A stretch of 64,000 bases of DNA from Candidatus Campbellbacteria bacterium (lineage in GTDB: Bacteria; Patescibacteriota; Minisyncoccia; Phycocordibacterales; EsbW-18), in contig JANLIT010000003.1 in NCBI GenBank assembly GCA_024653945.1, positions 30,097 through 94,096 of the forward strand, given 5' to 3'. The position numbers and the translations under genes are program-made. The notes beneath the pieces are model-generated. The model saw nothing but the letters and a program-made list of their open reading frames with translations. It was not told the origin of the DNA and did no database searches. Positions 57,712 to 64,000 of this stretch are shown one piece after another (position 1 is the first letter of the stretch; each line of letters begins with the position of its first letter).

Positions 57712-57758
57712 GCGATTTCACAAAATCGCGTCGCGCAAGTGTCAATTAAAGCGCGACG
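57712..57758 (-). repeat. Single two-hairpin repeat ending 1 nt before the ATG
   Basis: CGTCGCGC-TTTAATTGACACTT-GCGCGACG CGATTTTGTGAAATCG C ATG. Confidence 0.92.
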
Positions 57759-57877
57759 AATACTTGTGTGTACTCTCAGTGTACCAAGCAGGATCTAAAA
57801 ATACCACGGATAGCTGTATGACCTCATATAATAGAAAAACCACCCCGCCTTGGCGGGATGGTTTTTCTTCACGACGC

Positions 57878-58075
57878 TTATGCGCGTGATACGTTTGTTG
57901 CTGCAGGGCCCTTCTCCCCGTCTACAACATCAAAGGAGACAACATCGCCAACCTTCAATTCTTCAAACGTAACGCCGTTCAATTCCTTAGAGTGGAAGAA
58001 AAGGTCCTTTGTTTCGCCTTCGCGAGAAATGAATCCAAATCCTCGATCTGTAAGAGTTTTGATAACTCCGTTCAT
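57878..58075 (-). CDS. Cold-shock protein
   Basis: RGFGFI, LFFH and KGPAATNV motifs. Confidence 0.95.
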   Translation of the reverse strand: MNGVIKTLTDRGFGFISREGETKDLFFHSKELNGVTFEELKVGDVVSFDVVDGEKGPAATNVSRA

Positions 58076-58238
58076 ATTGATTTGATATATTTAAGACTAC
58101 TCAATAGCGAGAAACTCGACTTTATTTCTGCATCTCGCACCAGACTAGTGTATCTTATGTCAACACTTTTTGCAACGCCTTCTGTGGCTCGTCAATATGG
58201 CCTTATTTCAAGCCATAGTTAGTCATCTTGACCTGTGG

Positions 58239-59759
58239 CTATTCTATAAATGTTAACGCGTTGCCTGTTTTACTTCCACGGCCCGTTCGTCCTATGCGGT
58301 GGATGTAGTCGTCAAACGTCTGTGGCAAATCATAATTGATGACGTGTGTGATGTCAGCAATATCAAGACCTCGAGCTGCAACATCTGTTGCAACGAGAAC
58401 TTGCACATGATTTTCTTTGAATGAGCGGAGTGCACGTTGACGTCGTGCGTGATTTTTATCTCCATGAATTGATTCTGCTTTAAATCCTCGTTCAATAAGT
58501 TTTTGTGAAAGTTTTTCAACGCCGTGCTTTGTGCGTCCAAAAATCAATACTTTACTGAACTCTTTTTTATTGAGGAGGTCATGCAGAATATCCAATTTGT
58601 CTGCACCTGGGGCAACTCGTATAATATTTTGCTCAACACCTTGGGCTGTTTCTTGTGTTTTTACAGAAATAGAAACAGGTTCAACAAGAAAATCTTTAAT
58701 AAGTTTTTGAATATCACCCGAGAGTGTTGCTGAGAAGAAAAGTGTGTGGCGAGGTGTGGGCATTTTACCCATAATAAACTTCATATCATTGATGAATCCC
58801 ATATCAAGCATTCGGTCAGCTTCGTCAAGTACCACTGTGGCAAATTGTGCAGGACTAATTTTTCCTCGGGCAATGAGGTCTTTCAAACGACCCGGGGTTC
58901 CAATAATCACATTGTGTTGGCGATGTAAATCAGAAATCTGCTTGCCGATGCTCATACCCCCAACACAACACACTGAAAAAAGTCGCATACCACGCGCAAA
59001 TCCTTTAAACTCTTCATCAATTTGAAGCGCGAGCTCTCGGGTGGGTACCATAATGAGAATTTTTTCAACTGGACGAGTGCTTATTTTCTCAATAAGTGGA
59101 ATGAGAAACGCTGCAGTTTTCCCTGTTCCTGTATTTGCAATACCAACGACGTCCGACCCATTAAGAATGTGGGGAATAATTCTATCTTGAATTGGTGTTG
59201 GAAATTCGTATCCTTTTGAGACGATGGCTTGTTTTAAAGCTCCTGAAATTTTAAAATCATCAAAACGGTGTTCTGGAATAAAGTGTTCTACCTTTTCAGT
59301 AATAACGGCCTTGTTGATGAAACGATTGAAATCAATTCGCTCTCCACGGCCACGACTCCCTCCTTGTGGACCGCGACGAAATCCTCCTTTTTGTGGAGGA
59401 CGACCATAGGACACATGAGAAGAAGAACGCCCTCCTACACGTGGTGTGTATCCAGCTGGGCGTGGTCCATGTGCATGAGACGCAAAAGGACGAGCACCGT
59501 ACTGGCGTGGCTCCTGAGAATATGCGGAAGATGACACACCGCTTGGGCGTGGTGCATAGTTGTGAGGACGATGTGGTGAAGGTGCAGATGCAGGACGCAC
59601 ATACAGATGACCACCTGTGCGGGCACCAGATGCACTTGGAGCATGTGAAGAGTGCCCTCCTGGACGAGATGTTGAAGGACGTGAAAATGAGCGAGTACGA
59701 CCACCTACAGATCGAGAACCTCGCGGACGCGAAGAATTACTTGAGTTTTTTTGAAACAT
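58239..59759 (-). CDS. DEAD-box RNA helicase with long disordered N-terminus
   Basis: TGTGKT, PTRELA, DEAD, SAT and HRIGRTGR motifs. Confidence 0.96.
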   Translation of the reverse strand: MFQKNSSNSSRPRGSRSVGGRTRSFSRPSTSRPGGHSSHAPSASGARTGGHLYVRPASAPSPHRPHNYAPRPSGVSSSAYSQEPRQYGARPFASHAHGPRPAGYTPRVGGRSSSHVSYGRPPQKGGFRRGPQGGSRGRGERIDFNRFINKAVITEKVEHFIPEHRFDDFKISGALKQAIVSKGYEFPTPIQDRIIPHILNGSDVVGIANTGTGKTAAFLIPLIEKISTRPVEKILIMVPTRELALQIDEEFKGFARGMRLFSVCCVGGMSIGKQISDLHRQHNVIIGTPGRLKDLIARGKISPAQFATVVLDEADRMLDMGFINDMKFIMGKMPTPRHTLFFSATLSGDIQKLIKDFLVEPVSISVKTQETAQGVEQNIIRVAPGADKLDILHDLLNKKEFSKVLIFGRTKHGVEKLSQKLIERGFKAESIHGDKNHARRQRALRSFKENHVQVLVATDVAARGLDIADITHVINYDLPQTFDDYIHRIGRTGRGSKTGNALTFIE

Positions 59760-59877
59760 AAAGATTGCGATGACCAGTGTCTCGCCAGTTCTTTATGAGG
59801 TCTGTAATAAAAATAGTGACACCTCGCGTGTGGGACAAAGCCCTACACAAAACTAATGAGAATAGTTACCTGAGGTC

Positions 59878-59906
59878 ACTATATCCTAGATACTCACCTT
59901 TGTCAA
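59878..59906 (-). promoter_or_regulatory. Sigma70 promoter of the DEAD-box gene
   Basis: TTGACA-17 nt-TATAGT. Confidence 0.75.
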
Positions 59907-59915
59907 CAAACACAC

Positions 59916-61706
59916 CTACCGACGAGCTTTTGCTCGATCTAGTTCAGAAAGATATTGTTTGCGAATGCGAACGTTTTTGGGAGTAATTTCTAAATATTCG
60001 TCTTCATTGATGACCTCTAGACCACGCTCAATACTGATTTCCAGTGGTGGAAAAAGAATAATTGCCTCATCGGTACCCGACGCGCGCATGTTGGTGAGTT
60101 GTTTTCCTTTAGTTGGGTTCACTGGCATTTCTTCTCCTTTTGACGTGTTTCCAACAACCATTCCTTCGTACACCTCAACTCCAGGACCAATGTAGAGTAC
60201 TCCTCGATCTTGTAAACCCCACAATGAAAAGGCAACTGATTTTCCTGATACCATAGAAATCATAGAACCAACGGCCTTTCGTTTTATTTCTCCAGCATAC
60301 GGTTTGAACCCGAGTACATGAGAGGCAAGAATTCCCTCCCCTTTTGTATCAATAACAAACTGGTTTCGATACCCAAGAAGACCCCGTGTTGGACCTTCAA
60401 AAATAATTCGGGAGGTAAGACCTCCGTGTTCTTGAAGTATACCTTTCAATATGAAACCTCTATTACTCAAACGATCAATAACACTTCCTTGAAATTCATT
60501 CGGTACATCAATGACCACTTCTTCAAACGGTTCACTTTTTACACCGTTTTCTTCACGAATGATGACGTGTGGTTGAGATACTTGTACTTCATATCCCGCA
60601 CGTCGCATATTTTCAAGAAGAATCGCAATATGCAATTCTCCACGTCCATATACTTTAAAACTATCATTTCCAGAAAAATCAATTTTCAATCCAACATTCA
60701 CCTCAATTTCTCGTTCCAAGTATTCACGTATTTGTCGTGACGTCACATATTGGCCGTCTTTACCCGCAAAAGGAGAATTATTGACCAAAAATTGCAATAC
60801 AATTGTTGGCTCATCAACGGCAATTGCTGGAAGTGGTCCAGCGTCAGCGTCTGAGGTGATAGTTTCTCCAATATCAATATCAGGAAGACCTGCAACAATC
60901 ACAATGTCACCTGCACGAGCACTTTTTGCTTCAACTCGAGCAAGACCCTCAAAGGTAAACACGGAGGTAATCTTACCTGCACGTGTTGTCCCATCTGGTT
61001 TTTTAACAAACACATTCATTCCTGGCGCAATTTCACCTTCATAAATACGTGCAACGGCCATACGCCCAAGGAAATTGTCGTATGCAAGGTTAAATGACTG
61101 AAGACGAAGTGGGTGTTGGTTTTTTTCAGGAGACGATGCTGGTTGCACATGTTCAAGAATAACATCAAGAAGTGGCATTAAATCTTGAGAATCATCCTCT
61201 AAATTTTTCTTTGCAATTCCTGCTCGTCCAATCGCATACACAACAGGAAAATCAAGCTGGTTTTCTGCTGCGCCGAGCTCCATAAACAATTCCAGCACTT
61301 CATCGTGACAACGAGCTGGGTCAGCCGCTGGTTTATCAATTTTGTTAATAACGACAATTGGCTTGAGTCCGAGCTCGAGAGATTTCTTAAGTACAAAACG
61401 TGTCTGAGGCATTGGACCCTCCTGCGCATCAACAACAAGAAGCACGCAGTCAATGGAGCGCAACACTCGTTCAACCTCAGAACCAAAGTCGGCGTGTCCT
61501 GGTGTGTCAACAATGTTCACTTTTGTACCCTTGTACATCAGTGATGCATTTTTTGCATAAATAGTAATACCACGCTCTAGTTCAAGTGTATTTGAGTCCA
61601 TGGAGACACCCTCTTTGGTGGCACCTGTTTGGCGCATGAGTGCGTCGGTAAGAGTTGTCTTGCCGTGGTCCACGTGTGCAATTATTGCGATATTTCTGAT
61701 TTCCAT
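59916..61706 (-). CDS. typA: Translational GTPase TypA/BipA
   Basis: [24 protein letters not shown] and [10 protein letters not shown] motifs. Confidence 0.97.
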   Translation of the reverse strand: MEIRNIAIIAHVDHGKTTLTDALMRQTGATKEGVSMDSNTLELERGITIYAKNASLMYKGTKVNIVDTPGHADFGSEVERVLRSIDCVLLVVDAQEGPMPQTRFVLKKSLELGLKPIVVINKIDKPAADPARCHDEVLELFMELGAAENQLDFPVVYAIGRAGIAKKNLEDDSQDLMPLLDVILEHVQPASSPEKNQHPLRLQSFNLAYDNFLGRMAVARIYEGEIAPGMNVFVKKPDGTTRAGKITSVFTFEGLARVEAKSARAGDIVIVAGLPDIDIGETITSDADAGPLPAIAVDEPTIVLQFLVNNSPFAGKDGQYVTSRQIREYLEREIEVNVGLKIDFSGNDSFKVYGRGELHIAILLENMRRAGYEVQVSQPHVIIREENGVKSEPFEEVVIDVPNEFQGSVIDRLSNRGFILKGILQEHGGLTSRIIFEGPTRGLLGYRNQFVIDTKGEGILASHVLGFKPYAGEIKRKAVGSMISMVSGKSVAFSLWGLQDRGVLYIGPGVEVYEGMVVGNTSKGEEMPVNPTKGKQLTNMRASGTDEAIILFPPLEISIERGLEVINEDEYLEITPKNVRIRKQYLSELDRAKARR

Positions 61707-61861
61707 ATGAAAGTGGGTATTCTTTAGCGGGATAAAAAAATCCCGCCCGGCGGGTACTGCTACACTATACGCTCTTTACACCAATGCGTCAAAGCACCCT
61801 TTCTGTGGGTCCTTTGATAGAAACAAAAATACCCCGCCAAAGGCGGGGTATTTTTAGTTTG

Positions 61862-62062
61862 TTATTTGAGTGCTGCCGCGTCTTCCTTAGAGAGGAATTT
61901 GAACATTCCTGTTCCGCAGACCGCACACTTACCTTTTGCGGAATATTTTTTTGCTCCACCCTTTCCTTCCTTTTCCAAGACATTTATATCCGTCATTACT
62001 TGCATTTGGTGCTCCTTACCTTTTTGTCGACACTTCATGCAAAGTGCTTTAAGTTCTGCCAT
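61862..62062 (-). CDS. Small Zn-ribbon protein (DUF5679-like)
   Basis: ALCMKC...KGKCAVCGTGMFK; terminator at about 61825-61856. Confidence 0.8.
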   Translation of the reverse strand: MAELKALCMKCRQKGKEHQMQVMTDINVLEKEGKGGAKKYSAKGKCAVCGTGMFKFLSKEDAAALK

Positions 62063-62152
62063 GTAATTGTTATTAGTGACTAATACTTCCCCAATAGTAC
62101 CATAAAACCCATAAAACGCAAAACACCACTTTATTGGTTCTGTATACACTAC

Positions 62153-62629
62153 CTACATGTTCTCCGGCAAGGGGTTGATACCAAGGATAGGAGCTATATA
62201 GAAGGTCACTACATACTCTTGTGGGTTGATACTAATGGTCGATTTTGGAGTGGGTGTAACCGAGAGTAGTGAGACGCGGTAGCCCGCAAAAGTGACCGGT
62301 TGCTCATTTTCTACCATGGTTACTGTTGTTTTTTCAGTTCCACTTTGGAGTGTGACATCAACAGTAACTGCGCCTGCCCAAATACACTGTACGTCGGTAG
62401 GACAACGGCTATCTGATACCACCTTATTGAGTGTCAGGGAAAGCCCCGCACCTTCCCCAGTCTTTCCTACCCCAAGCGCAACTTCTGCAGGTGCGCGAAC
62501 TCGTCCGTCATCTGTATTTTGATTTTCATCTTCAGGAGTAATTGGTTCTTGTGTACGCGAAGAAAAAATCACATACGACACTCCAGAAAGAATTACGAGG
62601 CCAATAACAATGTAAAATATTTTTTTCAT
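62153..62629 (-). CDS. Membrane-anchored hypothetical protein
   Basis: N-terminal TM; DSRCPTDVQCIWAG motif. Confidence 0.8.
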   Translation of the reverse strand: MKKIFYIVIGLVILSGVSYVIFSSRTQEPITPEDENQNTDDGRVRAPAEVALGVGKTGEGAGLSLTLNKVVSDSRCPTDVQCIWAGAVTVDVTLQSGTEKTTVTMVENEQPVTFAGYRVSLLSVTPTPKSTISINPQEYVVTFYIAPILGINPLPENM

Positions 62630-62677
62630 ACGATTTCACAAAATCGTGTCGCGCAACTGTCCGCTAAAGCGCGACGT
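62630..62677 (-). repeat. Single two-hairpin repeat ending 1 nt before the ATG
   Basis: GTCGCGC-TTTAGCGGACAGTT-GCGCGAC A CGATTTTGTGAAATCG T ATG. Confidence 0.92.
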
Positions 62678-62832
62678 TAATTTTATTTTTATTTGTTAAT
62701 GTTTTGCTCTAGATAAGTATACCCAACACATAGGGATTACCCAAACTATTATGTGCTGGGTTGTATTTCTTAATCCCAGAAAACAAAAGCCCCTCCACTG
62801 TGGTCGGGGCTTTTGTTGATTATACGAGATGA

Positions 62833-63495
62833 TTAGTTGTCGTCATCATCGTCATCATCATCGTCGTCGTCATCATCGTCGTCGTCATCATCGTCATCAT
62901 CATCGTCGTCATCATCGTCGTCGTCACCGTCACTACAATCATCAATACCGTCATTGACGCCGTTTGCCCACGTCTTGTCACTTGCACGACTTACGCGGTT
63001 CTCTGTTTCAATAACAAGCTCATCCTCAACTTGAGTAAGAGTTAGTGTGCTGTATTCCGCAAGAACATCCTCAATAATATCTGCTCGTACTGTTGAACTT
63101 GTTGTGAAGAGATCTTTTGTACCATTGAACTCAACCTTAATGAGAGTTTCATTGGTGTAGACTTTTGCTTCAAGTTCAGTAAGTCCTGATGTGTTTGTTG
63201 TACTCGTTGCACAATCATCATCTGAGTCATCATTTGAGTCATCATTTGAGTCATCATTTGAATTGTTTTCCCCTCTGCTGAGAAGTGCGAGTTGATTTGT
63301 CAGAAGTTCAATTAACCTCTGTAGCAACGATTCGAGGGTCTTTTGAAGTTGCTCAATATTTGCTACCGAATTTGAATTGTCCGACTCTGCGTGAACATAC
63401 TTCACGTTCAGTGTACTAAAAAGACCAACACCCAAAATAAGTGCTAGTGCAAATGCCACAAATGCTTTTTTATACGATTTTTTTTGCATAAACAA
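62833..63495 (-). CDS. Secreted acidic protein with poly-Asp tail
   Basis: Signal peptide (..VHA-E), short coiled coil, DDSN repeats, about 30 terminal Asp. Confidence 0.8.
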   Translation of the reverse strand: MFMQKKSYKKAFVAFALALILGVGLFSTLNVKYVHAESDNSNSVANIEQLQKTLESLLQRLIELLTNQLALLSRGENNSNDDSNDDSNDDSDDDCATSTTNTSGLTELEAKVYTNETLIKVEFNGTKDLFTTSSTVRADIIEDVLAEYSTLTLTQVEDELVIETENRVSRASDKTWANGVNDGIDDCSDGDDDDDDDDDDDDDDDDDDDDDDDDDDDDDN

Positions 63496-63628
63496 TAATA
63501 TTATGTATAAATTAGTGTCCGCTAATATGCGGACTTACTACTAGTATATGATACCGCACTGGAAGCGTTACATCTAGTACGAACAAAAAATACGGGAATA
63601 CAAAATATATATTTGTCAAAATAAAGAA

Positions 63629-64000
63629 CTATTCTTGTACGCAGGTGTTGTGTGCTTTCACTTGCGCATTATACGTTGCAACGTCATTTTTTGATTGCTC
63701 AACAAACACATTGTACTGGTGCACGAGTGTGTTGTATACATCAACTTTCTGTGTATACACAGAACCGCGAGTTGGTTTTGTCGCCTCTATATCGTCAAGC
63801 ATGTCCGATAATTTTTGTTCAAGCTCAGAAAGTAATTGCTGGCTTGCTTCAATCTGATTGTTGAGGGTGATGCTTACTTCTGGACAATCAGACGTTGGCC
63901 GACCAAATTCTTGCACCGCCAACCATACTGCTTCTCCATTAAATAGTCCCTTTTTAATCGCCACGCCAATTTCTGTATATTTTGAATTCAAAATATTCTC
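63629..64000 (-). CDS. CAP (SCP) domain protein, 3' part (runs off the window)
   Basis: ENILNSKYTEIGVA...VQEFGRP followed by a coiled coil. Confidence 0.8.
   Translation of the reverse strand, partial: ENILNSKYTEIGVAIKKGLFNGEAVWLAVQEFGRPTSDCPEVSITLNNQIEASQQLLSELEQKLSDMLDDIEATKPTRGSVYTQKVDVYNTLVHQYNVFVEQSKNDVATYNAQVKAHNTCVQE

Overview
This is a 64-kb bacterial chromosomal segment. Its gene content and style (short GAD-less AspRS, dimeric GlyRS, short UvrC, scpAB-dac-mraY-ftsW-murG-gltX block, Cys-rich surface proteins, few Shine-Dalgarno sites) suggest a Patescibacteria/CPR (Parcubacteria-like) genome; that assignment is an inference. Core genes are glyS, trpS, aspS, gltX, cysS, scpA/B, mraY, ftsW, murG, ddl, dnaB, recR, uvrA/B/C, rpmA, rplI, rplU, typA, a DEAD-box helicase, a cold-shock protein, a glycerate kinase-ppsA-hydroxyacid dehydrogenase-eno-FKBP operon, a MacAB-like exporter, a two-component pair, tRNA-Pro(CGG) and tRNA-Ala(TGC). 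Many GC-richer orphan cassettes with their own promoter, SD and terminator sit between core genes. The main unexplained signals are five. (1) A dispersed two-hairpin repeat with compensatory base changes nests inside its own loop and in six places ends exactly 1 nt before a start codon. (2) A ~900-aa protein fuses a PD-(D/E)xK nuclease, a CHC2 Zn finger and a DnaG-TOPRIM primase core, next to a second PD-(D/E)xK gene. (3) Four promoter- and terminator-bounded, highly structured non-coding or micro-ORF transcripts are present. (4) An Asn-rich uORF and a perfect 14-bp stem cover the aspS start codon. (5) Heptamer microsatellites lie inside the uvr genes. All structure calls were made by eye; no folding or database search was run.
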